A stretch of 64,000 nucleotides of DNA, taken from the NCBI RefSeq assembly GCF_009914755.1, contig NC_060941.1. One strand, written 5' to 3'. Below are positions 28,324-64,000 of the stretch, piece by piece (positions within the stretch are counted from its first letter, which is position 1; each line of letters opens with the position of its first letter). The position numbers were made by a program, and so were the translations under genes. Below the pieces are notes generated by a model. The model was not told the origin of the DNA. It did no database searches and saw only the letters and a program-made list of their open reading frames with translations. This DNA comes from the human T2T-CHM13v2.0 reference genome, Homo sapiens.

Positions 28324-28436
28324 CTATGTTACAGAGACATCCCCAATATTGATTTTGGCAATGGGAACAGGAGCTTAAGTTTCACAATCAGGGATACTAT
28401 TCCTTCTATATCACACCATGGTTTGGTGAAGTTCAC

Positions 28437-28618
28437 CTGTTGGCAGAGTCTTCACTGCCTCTTCATACACAGCACAGCACCTCTCCTCCTTCCGGCCGAC
28501 CTCCACTGCTTTGGCTTGTTTCGTTGTAGGCTGCTCTTCTGTCTGTGACTCAATCTCTAATTCTCGCCTTGCCACATAATCCCAAGTGAGAGGATCATCT
28601 GTGTGTAGAGCCTGAAGG
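28437..28618 (-). CDS. UTP6: UTP6 exon 11
   Basis: ttttcag|C CTT CAG...CCA ACA G|gtgaac; 182 nt; LQALHTDDPLTWDYVARRELEIESQTEEQPTTKQAKAVEVGRKEERCCAVYEEAVKTLPT. Confidence 0.95.
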
Positions 28619-28755
28619 CTGAAAAATACAATTTACTGTTATCAATCCCACAACAAGAAACTGACTCAGAATATCAGAGAAACAGTTACCTGTGCTTAAA
28701 AAATCTACACAGGACATCCCTGTAACAACTGCAGTACCATAAAAACTATTTCCCA

Positions 28756-32185
<3,430 letters not shown>

Positions 32186-32286
32186 TAGTGTGGTATCTTC
32201 TTTCTCTTCTACTAAATATCCAACCTCAAACCCTTAATCTCAAGATCAGAAATAGATATATTCACCTTTCTACTAACTTTACTTAC

Positions 32287-32368
32287 TCATCATAAATCTC
32301 TTTTTGTAGATCTTTGGCAAAGTCAAATAGCTGTGCAATCGAAAGCAGTGACACGTGAAATTCTGCAC
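32287..32368 (-). CDS. UTP6: UTP6 exon 10
   Basis: tttag|GT GCA GAA...GAT GA|gtaagt; 82 nt; (G)AEFHVSLLSIAQLFDFAKDLQKEIYD. Confidence 0.95.
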
Positions 32369-32636
32369 CTAAATTTAAAAAGCAGGGGAGGGGAAGTTTA
32401 TTGCCAATAAGAATCACTTTACTTTAAAAGTAGCATTCTTTTCATGTACTGGAGTTAATCTTCTTGTTTTTTGAAATGAGAAATAGAATAAAATAGAAGA
32501 AAAGTCATCCCATAGTCCCCTCACCCCAGTGTCCCCCTACTCAAGCAAAGCTATTGTTAATCTTTGGAGTATTCATAAAAAAAGAACTAATTTTCAACTC
32601 CCCACATGATTTAATTACTCCATGAGAACTTACTGA

Positions 32637-33666
<1,030 letters not shown>

Positions 33667-33844
33667 TTACTGAAATGTTCAATTATAGCCTAGGAAAAAT
33701 AAGTATTTTCTGAAAGAAACAGGACACTATTCCTACAGAGTTTTATACACATTCTAATGGAAAATTTCAAAACTAGCTAAAGATCTTCATTAAGAAAAGA
33801 ATGTTTCACTTTCCTACCAAAAATAATGTTCAAAAGATACCTAC

Positions 33845-33926
33845 CTTTAATTATGCTTACAGAATTTTTGTAGATGATCCATGCCAACTCGCCCTTAAGG
33901 ATTTCTTCAGAATAATCAGGATTCTC
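33845..33926 (-). CDS. UTP6: UTP6 exon 9
   Basis: tttag|GAG AAT CCT...ATT AAA G|gtaggt; 82 nt; ENPDYSEEILKGELAWIIYKNSVSIIK. Confidence 0.95.
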
Positions 33927-34188
33927 CTAAAGAGTGTTATATCAAACGTAACTTAACAGGTAGTACAAGGAGGAAAAGCACTAGGACGAAAATTAACAAT
34001 CCTAGACTACCTGTGCCATATGACCACTGGTAAATCATGTCTCTCTCTCCGGGCCAGTTCCCTCACTTGTAAAGTGTGCAGCTTGAACAAGATCACTGAC
34101 CTTCCAACTGTGTTCTCTGAGGCTCCAAGAGTGGTGGCAAGATCACATGGCTTAAGGCCTCACTCTCCATTTGGACCAAAACAGGTCA

Positions 34189-37090
<2,902 letters not shown>

Positions 37091-37148
37091 GTCTCCAGAG
37101 GACCAAACTGAAACATCACTGTCTCATCCTATGTGCATACACACTCAC

Positions 37149-37267
37149 TTCTTTATAAAGTTTTGGGCACTCTGGATGAAAGCGCAGTGCGCGAAGAAAT
37201 AGTTGCCTTGCGCTTTCTGAAGACAATCGATCTTCCATTTCCCATTTGGCTGCCATAATCCACAAAG
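37149..37267 (-). CDS. UTP6: UTP6 exon 7
   Basis: cag|CT TTG TGG...AAA GAA|gtgagt; 119 nt; (A)LWIMAAKWEMEDRLSSESARQLFLRALRFHPECPKLYKE, a HAT (half-a-TPR) repeat. Confidence 0.96.
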
Positions 37268-37359
37268 CTGTAAGTGAAAAACCATCAGATTTCATTTCAA
37301 TAAATTAATCAAGTCAGACAAGAAAAGAACCAAATGATCCAATTTTAATACTCGCACAA

Positions 37360-39967
<2,608 letters not shown>

Positions 39968-40123
39968 CTATGAGGCAGCTATTCAGTAAGAAAAACTGCT
40001 GAGGCCAACTGCCTAAGCTCAAGTCCTCAAAATAATTTCTCTTAGATTCATCAATCGAAATAAAATCCAAAATGGCTTGAGTCTAAATAAAACATAGAAA
40101 AATTGACAAAGATTTCACCATAC

Positions 40124-40187
40124 CTGGTTTGTTGGAATGAATCGCCAACATGGCAGAGAATACCTTGCTAAGTCGAGTTTTAGTAGC
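40124..40187 (-). CDS. UTP6: UTP6 exon 6
   Basis: ttttacag|GCT ACT AAA...AAA CCA G|gtatgg; 64 nt; ATKTRLSKVFSAMLAIHSNKP. Confidence 0.95.
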
Positions 40188-40610
40188 CTGTAAAAAAGGA
40201 AAATATTTCTACTTCCTGCACAGATAAATCATTGATCTTACTCTCTAAGTAATATGTACCCTAACTTTACCAACTGTAAAATCCAATGGAGCATGACATG
40301 CTATTGCTAGGGATATATAAACGAACACAGACCCTCAAAATTTTCTACCTCAATTAAACCACTAAACACTTTAAATATCTTTTTAAAAAGTCAACTGTAT
40401 TGAACAAACACACGTAAAAATTATATTCTTTTCAATTGAATTGGAAACCATAGTCATTCAGATATCCAATGTTATATTGATGTTCCGCCTTCTTGGGTTC
40501 TTTTTTCATGTTAACCCTACACTTCAGGAAAAAACATCTGGCATGAAGCTTAAAGGGCAGATTAACAAAAAGACGGTCAGAGGAAGCAAGACATGCATGG
40601 CTTTACTCAC

Positions 40611-40658
40611 CCACTTCTTACAAAAAGCCACATAGGAGAGCCAAAGTTGAACATCGTC
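40611..40658 (-). CDS. UTP6: UTP6 exon 5
   Basis: ttgcag|GAC GAT GTT...AAG TGG|gtgagt; 48 nt; DDVQLWLSYVAFCKKW. Confidence 0.95.
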
Positions 40659-40755
40659 CTGCAAGAAAAGCAATGTAGTAAGCTGCCCAAATTTGACCTT
40701 TACATATAATACACCTTTGCATTAATTAATTTTGCTAAAAACAAGCAAATTTCAG

Positions 40756-42160
<1,405 letters not shown>

Positions 42161-42508
42161 AATCAAGTTTCTGAGGTATTGCCCCTACATAACCATTTAT
42201 TTTCTAGCTCTAAGTCTTCAGTGTACTTACAAATATATACAAATATCTCCCAAATTTCCAATCCTTAGTAATGTATCAAATACACTGTTTTCAGCACTGT
42301 CCTCATAGAATAACTATAAGGTAATAAGATCAATTTTCTTACTGGTTTGTTAAGTGGCTCAAAAAATGTTTTGAGTAATGATACCATCATTAGAGTAAGT
42401 ATAAAGATACCCAAGATAAAAATAGAAAACTGCATTTGAATCCCTAATACAATATGTATAATACTTATCTTCACATCTCATAAAGTTAAGGATGCCTTGA
42501 TCACTCAC

Positions 42509-42601
42509 TTTCCATTTTGCTGAGGCACGCTGGAAAACACCTTGTACCCGGTGTACAATAGAATTCTCAATCTCATCCTTCTTAAATGAATATCCAATGC
42601 G
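42509..42601 (-). CDS. UTP6: UTP6 exon 4
   Basis: tttag|CGC ATT GGA...TGG AAA|gtgagt; 93 nt; RIGYSFKKDEIENSIVHRVQGVFQRASAKWK. Confidence 0.95.
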
Positions 42602-42833
42602 CTAAAGGGGGACATAAAAAAACAGAGCCTCAACTTAATCATATTTGTCCAAAACAGCATTCCTACTTGACCACTTAATGGTACTGATGAAGCAAACAAA
42701 TAATTACAAATATCCATTATAGGCATATCACCACAGTTTTATCAACACTGTCTCCCAAACACAAGTCCTAACTATACAGCCATACTGCTTAGTTCTGTAT
42801 TTTTCTCCAACTTCTAGAAAATCTTCTACTTAC

Positions 42834-42875
42834 TGTTCTTCTTCTCTGGATCAGCTCCAAAAGATTAATTTCATA
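42834..42875 (-). CDS. UTP6: UTP6 exon 3
   Basis: catag|TAT GAA ATT...AGA ACA|gtaagt; 42 nt; YEINLLELIQRRRT. Confidence 0.95.
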
Positions 42876-43099
42876 CTATGAAAGAAAAACATACAAAAAA
42901 ATGAGAAGCTAGAAAATCTAAAACCTTTTAAATACTGGAAATTTAGTTAAAGTCATAAAACAAAAATCGAGAATATAAAATAAAAAATAATGTGCTATCA
43001 CATAATTTACAATAAATGTCTAGAACTCACTTAAAATTCACTTAGCTATAAAACTTAAACAGAATTAACAAGCTTATAATTACATGCTTCACTTAAAAA

Positions 43100-47497
<4,398 letters not shown>

Positions 47498-47509
47498 TTA
47501 CACACTTAC

Positions 47510-47594
47510 TTGAACATAATTGATAAAGTCTTCCTTGAAAAGGGTTCTTCTCTGGATTTTGTACTCTAGATCGGAAGCCTTCTTAATGATAGCC
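47510..47594 (-). CDS. UTP6: UTP6 exon 2
   Basis: ctcctcag|G GCT ATC...GTT CAA|gtaagt; 85 nt; AIIKKASDLEYKIQRRTLFKEDFINYVQ. Confidence 0.95.
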
Positions 47595-47727
47595 CTGAGG
47601 AGAAAGCCATTTAAACTTCACTTGAAAACTGCAAAAATTAAACGTTTAAGTTTATTTTGAATATATTTAAAACATGTTTTTCAAAATACGAAATTCCTAG
47701 AGTTATCTTTCATAAGAAAGTATTATC

Positions 47728-48452
<725 letters not shown>

Positions 48453-49299
48453 TGGTATTAATAAAGACTTCTTTTACTCCAAGTTCAGGTCACTTAAATT
48501 TTAATAATAAATTTCTTTCCGAAATTCCTCTTATTTCTGAGTTCTCAACATGTAAATTTTTTTAAAAATCTAAATTGCGTCTGCCTTAAAAGACTTATTA
48601 CTACGAAGGACTTACGGGAGAAGATTCAGAGTCCTTAGCTAAGGAATGAACATATGACAAATATATATTAGGAGAATTTAATGCAAGATGTGCAAGACAG
48701 GTGTCTTTAGTAATGGTAACATTAACCTTAACTGAGCACTTTCTAAGCGTCCACACTGCTTTGTTTTGTGTTTCATTAACGAATGCTTACTTTGAAGCTC
48801 TGAGTCACATTACTACATTCAGACGTTGCAAAACAAAGCAACAGTCACAGAAACCATTAAAAACTATTAAACATAATTTTAACACGCTACTGAATGTCTA
48901 CCATGTGCCAGGCGCTGTAGTTAGGCTCTGGAGTAGCATATGAAACTGATTTCAATGGTCCCCACCTTCAAGTCTAGTTAGGAATTTATCCACTCCCCCT
49001 GGGCTCTCACAGCACTCTGTTCCCATCCCTACAGCAGTACAAGGTACTACAATCAACTTACAGTACACTGTTATCAAAATATTTAATTTGTCTGTCTCCC
49101 CCACCACACTCTGCCCAATTAGCTCCTAATGAGCAGGAATCCTGGGTTTATCACCTTTACAGCCCTAAGACCCGGCTCCATGAAGGGCTGTCAAAACGTC
49201 TGATGGGTAAGTAGACGGACGGATTACCTTGCAACGAATGAAAAATTAATTCTGGACATCACCGAAAACGAGAAATGGGCTTCCACCACGTTAGGAAAA

Positions 49300-49810
49300 G
49301 TAAACACAGGTCGAGCGTCCCCACATCTAGCCCCTGCCACACACTCCCAACCTCCCCTCAGGCCGCCTCAGCTCTTCCCTCTCCCCAACCCTCTCTCACT
49401 TAATCTCCGCATGACTGAACAGTCCAATGCGCTCCAGCTGTTCCAATTCCGGGAGCCGATCTTCTATGCGTTCCTGAATTATCTCTGCCATGAGGTCCGA
49501 GGTCTACAACCCCGCGGGTAGCTTCTCAACAGCGAACACGAGCAGGAAGCTCCCGGTTTCAGGTTCGGAGACCCAGCCCTACCACCGACGCGTCCGGACG
49601 TAACGTGCTCCCTAGGTCCCGCCTTTTCCGCTTCCGCCACCTCCTACTTAGGGGAAGGCCCTTCGGCTTCTACAGCCACCGTCCCCTCCCTGTGGCCGAT
49701 TGTGGGATTGCAGCGAGAACCCGCCCTGGTCTTGGGCAGGACGACTCTAGCGGACAGGAGTTGAGGGGCGGGGCTAGACGGGAGGGAGGGGTTAAGTGCG
49801 CGCGCCGCTA
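49300..49810. promoter_or_regulatory. CpG-rich UTP6 promoter / 5' UTR
   Basis: CpG-dense and TATA-less. Tandem ETS/GABP-type cores (minus strand GGCGGAAGCGGAAA, about 49625-49638) and a GC box GGGGCGGGGC at about 49765-49774. No upstream ATG in the ~110 nt before the start codon. Confidence 0.85.
49400..49491 (-). CDS. UTP6: UTP6 exon 1 coding part (U3 snoRNA-associated protein 6 homolog, SSU processome UTP-B subunit)
   Basis: ATG GCA GAG ATA...ATT AA|gtgaga; 92 nt; MAEIIQERIEDRLPELEQLERIGLFSHAEIK. The 19 exons sum to 1794 nt = 597 aa + stop. Confidence 0.97.
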
Positions 49811-49999
49811 GACTTGGACAGCCATCAGGAAAAGCGCCTCCAGGTGTAGAGAGGTGGGCTGCTCAAGCCTGAAAGGGACACGAGATGCATTTTCTTCAGA
49901 ATATTGTCTCCCATCCCACGTCCTGACTTCCCAACACCAAGAACAACAACAAAAAAAAAAGCAAAGGAGGAGGATATTGTACAATTAAACATTTTTGAA

Positions 50000-54670
<4,671 letters not shown>

Positions 54671-56442
54671 TCTACACTTTATGGAAGTTACACTTTAATT
54701 AACAAAAAATTACTTACCAGACTCTCTCTTTCAACATATTGAAGCTCTTCAAGAGCTTCAATTGTTATTTTTATGTGTGTGGCAGGGTCAGAAATATTGA
54801 AACTCAAATGGTCAATGTCTTTTTCCCTTTCCAAAAGAGTTTATGATAATTTTGCTTTCTAGCCCATGATATATTAGTATTTGCTTTAATATAAATTATT
54901 TTTTTTCCAGATTGTAAGATTGATCACAGAAAGATGTACCCTGATCACCCCATGGTGACCAAACACTTGGTCCCCACTGTGGTGCTCACGAGCCAGTCTG
55001 GAAAATGAGAGGGGTCTCAGGGTGCCAACAGAATCTTTTAAGAAGATTGCCAGATGAACACTAGCCAGATGTTTGCAAATTAAGTTAAAATTTCTGTTCT
55101 TGCCTTCAAAGTACTTAAAAGTAAACTTCAAAGTAAACTTGAACTTTTCCTTGGAATATTCACATTGTCACATTTGAAGTTCTCAGACAGCTCCGTGGTT
55201 AAAAACAGCAGAGAAAGAGATGCTCATCTTTTTTTTCATTATTATTATTTGATAAAGGGAAGTACCTAGTTTGAGCCATAATAAGAGGCAAGGCACCTGG
55301 AATCCCATCCCCCTGCCTTGTTCCAAGTCCCCTGCCTGATTCTCCCATACAGAGAGCGCTTGTAGACTTCAAAGTCAGAGAAGTGATAGACGCAGACTGG
55401 TCTTTGATGCCTAAGAACATCAGAGCCCTCAGTTTGATGCGAATGCAAAGCATCTGTACTTTTCAAACCTTTCATGTTATCTCACATTGCCAACAACAAA
55501 AGCTGAAAAGTTTGAGGTGACACACTTTACACACATTAAAATATTTGGAACCAGTAACTTTTCATTTCTTTTTCTATTATTTATAGCTTCTTTTACTTTG
55601 CAAACCGCACTGGATAGTAAATTACTTCTGGCACGCAGCCTTGTCAGCTTGCCAAATTTCAACTGGAGCAAGTTTCTACAGCCAGGCTAATATGCCCAGA
55701 AAAACAGGAGGTAAGTATAATGGAAATAATGACATGATTTTTAACTGCAAAGAGCGTTGAATGATAACGCAAGATCTTAATAGATTCTATTTTTAAGCTT
55801 TTTTTATTCTAATGAAATCTTTACCTTTTTTAAGGCTATTTTAGTTTAAAACACATGTAAATAGAAAGGGTTCCTTTTAATTGGTGAAAAACAGTTTTGT
55901 GCTTTTTTCCCTGTGGCTTAAGTTACTGCTTTTTGCAAACTTGAAAAAAAAATACAAAAAGGAAAACTAAGAATATGGTAGTTTGGGTATAACAACCTAC
56001 TATTAAAACAAACTGACATCTTGAAAAAACATATTCTGAAATGATTGGGCTTCCAGAATGGTGCCTGGGGATTGTTGTGTGCGTGAATATGTCTCATGAA
56101 AGCCATAGCTGATTAGCTACATCAGCTTACCTCCAGTTTGCCCTAGTCCAGATAGAAATCCAGCTCCAGCTTAAATAACTTTTAGGTTTTATTTGAACAA
56201 GACTTCCTAAAATTAAAAATGGCTATCACATCTGATTTCTATCACTGAAAAAACTTGTTAGGAGGCAGTATTTGTTTCCCTAAATTTAATGCTTACATTT
56301 GTTCCCATTCACAATTTACAAGTGACAAGGAAAATTCTTTCTCCCCTTCTCATTCTGCCTTCCAATTAGACCTAAACTGATTAGCCTCAGCACCACATGC
56401 TCAGTCCCAAAGTGTTGAAGCAAAGAAGAGGTTTGGAGTTGG

Positions 56443-56478
56443 GTGTGTGTGGGTGTGTGTGTGTGTGGGTGTGTGTGT
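56443..56478 (+). repeat. Interrupted (GT)n microsatellite
   Basis: gtgtgtgtgggtgtgtgtgtgtgtgggtgtgtgtgt. Confidence 0.9.
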
Positions 56479-56810
56479 AACTATACTAAAATAATGTGGC
56501 CTTGCTCCAGAAATGCCAGCTTTCTTACAGTTCCCCAATCATATCATTTTATACCTCTATTAACACACACTATTCCCTTTGCCTGGAATGTCTTTTGCCC
56601 CCTTATCCACTTAGTAAGCACAGTTCATTTAAAAAAATAAATAAATAAAAAGGAAGCATGCCCTTACCACCTCATCATCCCACCCTCACCACCAATTTGT
56701 ATATTTAAGTACAGAAACATAAAGGCTTCAGTCTTTGAATCTCTTTTTCCCTTAATATCAATTTTATAAGTGATCTTTTACAGACTCATGACTTCAAATG
56801 TCACCTACAT

Positions 56811-57340
56811 CAGTGCTGTTCAATAGAATTTTGTGTAATAATGGAAGTGTCCCACATCTGCACTATCCAATACAGTAAATACAGTAGCCATTAGCTACAT
56901 GTGGCTATTGAGTACTTGAAATATGGCTAGAGCAACTGAGAACTGAATTTTTTTTTTTTTTTTGAGACAGAATCTCACTCTGTCGCCCAGGCTGGAGTGC
57001 AGTGGCATGATCTCGGCTCACTGCAACCTCTGCCTCCTGAGTTCAAGTGATTCTCCTGCCTCAGCCTCCTGAGTAGCTGGGATTACAGACACCCACCACC
57101 ACACCCAGCTAATTTTTGTATTTTTAGTGGAGACAGGGTTTCCATGACCATGTTGGCCGAGCTGGTCTCAAACTCTTGACCTCAAAGTGATCCGTCCACC
57201 TCGGCTTCCCAAAGTGCTGGGATTGCAGGTGTGAGCCACTGCGCCCAGCCGAGAACTGAAGTTTTAATTTCATTTAATGAATTTAAATTTAAATTTAAAT
57301 TGTCACATGTAGCTAGTGGCTGCCATGTTGGACAACACTG
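56811..57340 (+). mobile_element. MER3 (hAT-Charlie) containing an antisense Alu (56948-57250)
   Basis: Terminal inverted repeats cagtgctgttcaata / tgttggacaacactg; 8-bp TSD acctacat/acctatat; Alu TSD gagaactgaa. Confidence 0.88.
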
Positions 57341-57887
57341 ACCTATATAACTTCCAAATATATTAGTAGTGCCAATCCATAACTGTCCCCTGAACTCCAG
57401 ACTCATGCCAGTATATCCAGCTGCCTACTCAACATCTGCACTTGGAGAGCTTACAGGCATTCCAAAATTAGTATGTCTAAAAACAAGTACCTGATGCTCT
57501 CCCACAAACCTGTTCTTTCCGTAGTCTTCCCCATCTCAGTGAAAGGCAACTCCGTTCTTCCAGTTTCTCAGCCCAAAAGCCTTGGAGTTGTCCCTGACTC
57601 TATATTTAATTAATCAGCGATCCTCTCTGCTCTACAAAATATAGCCAAAATATGACCACTCCTCATCACAGCTACTGCTGTCACCCTAGTTCAAGTCACC
57701 ATTATCTTTCACCTGGATTATTCCAGTAGTCTTCAACTGGTCTCCCTGCTTTCACTCTGGCCCCTTTAAGTCTATTCTTAACACAGCAGCCAAAATGATT
57801 GTGTTAAAATATGTCAGAGGACAGCATTCTCTTGCTTAAAACCCTGCTGTGGTTGACTCACTCAAAGCAAAAACTAAAACCCTTTCA

Positions 57888-59831
<1,944 letters not shown>

Positions 59832-59999
59832 TGAATCCATATGTCTGTATTTAGTGACACTGTGACTTCCATGGATACTTTATTTATCTTTGAATTCCCC
59901 AAAACCTAGCATTGGAAAACATTAGGTATGTACTCAATAAACACTATCTGAAAGGAAACTACTGGACATTTAGCATGCCACCTATTGTAAGAATCCCAG

Positions 60000-60575
60000 T
60001 GTCTAATATGCCCAAAATGCTTCCTGAAGGAAACTGATGAACCTACAGCTACTTTAATCTGACCACTTGATCCTGGGCAATTTGCCACTATGGCTAAGAT
60101 CACAAGTAAGCTCTTGGCTCAAGGGCAACCAATCCACTGGTTGGCCAAAATCCTATAATGTACCCTGGTATGAAAAGATGAACTGAACTAATCTAACTCT
60201 CCCTCTCTGGACTCCGAATTACCATTAGTTAGAGATAGGAGATTGAGGAGCTTGACAAGGCAAAGATGTAACGGAGCAATAAATATGAGTATGTAGGAAC
60301 TATGAAGTATAGAAAAGATATACAGGGCAAAGTGCAGGAAAAAGGAACACGGTACCTAAGAGAAAATGGAGAGTCAATGAATCACATTAATAAGAGCACC
60401 CTGGAGTGAAGATCCACAAACTGCAGTTAAGGTCTCATTTGAGCTGTCTTGAATCCAATTCTCTTGAAGCTTTGTGCTTCTTGTTATTCTCTGTGTCAAT
60501 TTACAATAATGCCAAATTGCTGAGGTGCCTTAAGGGAGTGTCTTTTTTCTTTACAACTCCCAAAACCTAACAAAA
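60000..60575 (+). mobile_element. Possible ancient ERVL/MaLR-type LTR remnant
   Basis: tgaactgaactaatctaactctccctctctgg, and an end ...ttacaactcccaaaacctaaca, resemble old LTR16/MLT-like termini. Recognition is weak. Confidence 0.3.
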
Positions 60576-60819
60576 ATGCCATTCTTAGTTTATATAATTG
60601 CTGTCACATCTAGAAGAGCCAGGGTATTTCATTTTCGTATTTTCTGCCAAATGATACATTGGCGATATTCTTCACATCCTAAGGTGATTGACCCTTGGAG
60701 CTTTGAACAATTATTAGGAAGCACAAAGGAGTGTTCTTTTTGTAGCCATTTGGTTCTCCTTTAAAGGTTGCCCTCCTGTGGCAAGCTAGAATACAGTTAC
60801 AGTGTGAATGCAGCTTGCT

Positions 60820-63270
<2,451 letters not shown>

Positions 63271-64000
63271 CCTGTAATTTCTATTTAAATAAAACATTTT
63301 AATGGAGACCAAAAAAAAAAAGTAAGAAGAGGCTTCAGAATCAAACTCTGATTCAAATCCTAGTTCCATCAACTTTTTAGGGTTCAGTGGAATATTAAGA
63401 TGAAAATTTCCTTTACCTTAACTTCTGATTGTCACTTCACAGCAAATGACTGAAATATCTGAGCTTTTCTCTTATACATTGTTTTTAAACACCAGAGACA
63501 ACTCCCTCTTAAGAGGCTTGTGATTCATCTTCCATTTTTTGTAAAGTGAATCATTTCCCTAATTTTTCTACTTGCTAATAAGATAATAAATATAGCATAT
63601 TCTGTCTCTTTCACAAATTCCACCCCCTTTTCTCCGTATCTGACTTCAAGAGTCCACAACCTGGGAGCTGTCCAGGTACCAATTAACATTTAAAAAGCCC
63701 TCAAGTTGTTCACACAAATAGTTCTATTATTGCTTTCCTTTACAGCCTTGGTCTGCTCAAAAACCCACATTCAAATTGGATCACATAAACTCCAGCCCTT
63801 AAGCACACAGGTATTGTAGGCTAGAGGCCGCTTTTGGCTACAAACCCCCTTATTCATTTAAAATAACTTCATTCACAAGGTTCATTGAACAGCTGGTTTG
63901 TGCCCATCACAGGCCCTGACAAAACACTTCGCCTAACTTGTCACTAATCCTTACAGCAACTCTGGTTGAGTGTTACTAGTATCATTTAACAGATAAGCAA

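Overview
Human genomic DNA, recognisable from the encoded proteins as 17q11.2 (inside the NF1 microdeletion interval; SUZ12 lies beyond the right edge). Two minus-strand, head-to-tail genes are present. UTP6 is complete: I reconstructed all 19 coding exons from 49491 (ATG) to 11216 (TGA), totalling 1794 nt = 597 aa + stop, with all introns GT-AG and phases [10 protein letters not shown]. COPRS (C17orf79/COPR5) has exons 1-3 and most of exon 4, and runs off the left edge. Each gene has a CpG-island promoter (about 6.55-7.45 kb and 49.3-49.8 kb). The rest is extremely Alu-dense (roughly 100+ Alu copies or fragments, about half the window by eye), with older L1M, L2, MIR, MER3, MER44/Tigger7 and LTR33-like elements. 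Almost all ORFs in the supplied track are spurious Alu or L1 translations. I see no evidence of a wholly new biological system. The best second-look items are: a GC-AG intron and an in-frame alternative first exon in COPRS; candidate poison exons and a stop-inserting NAGNAG acceptor in UTP6; an alternative-polyadenylation/inverted-Alu 3' UTR; template-switch scars within Alus, including a 30-nt junction copied 2.3 kb away; and nested transposons with intact target-site duplications. Repeat boundaries and subfamily calls are by eye and approximate.
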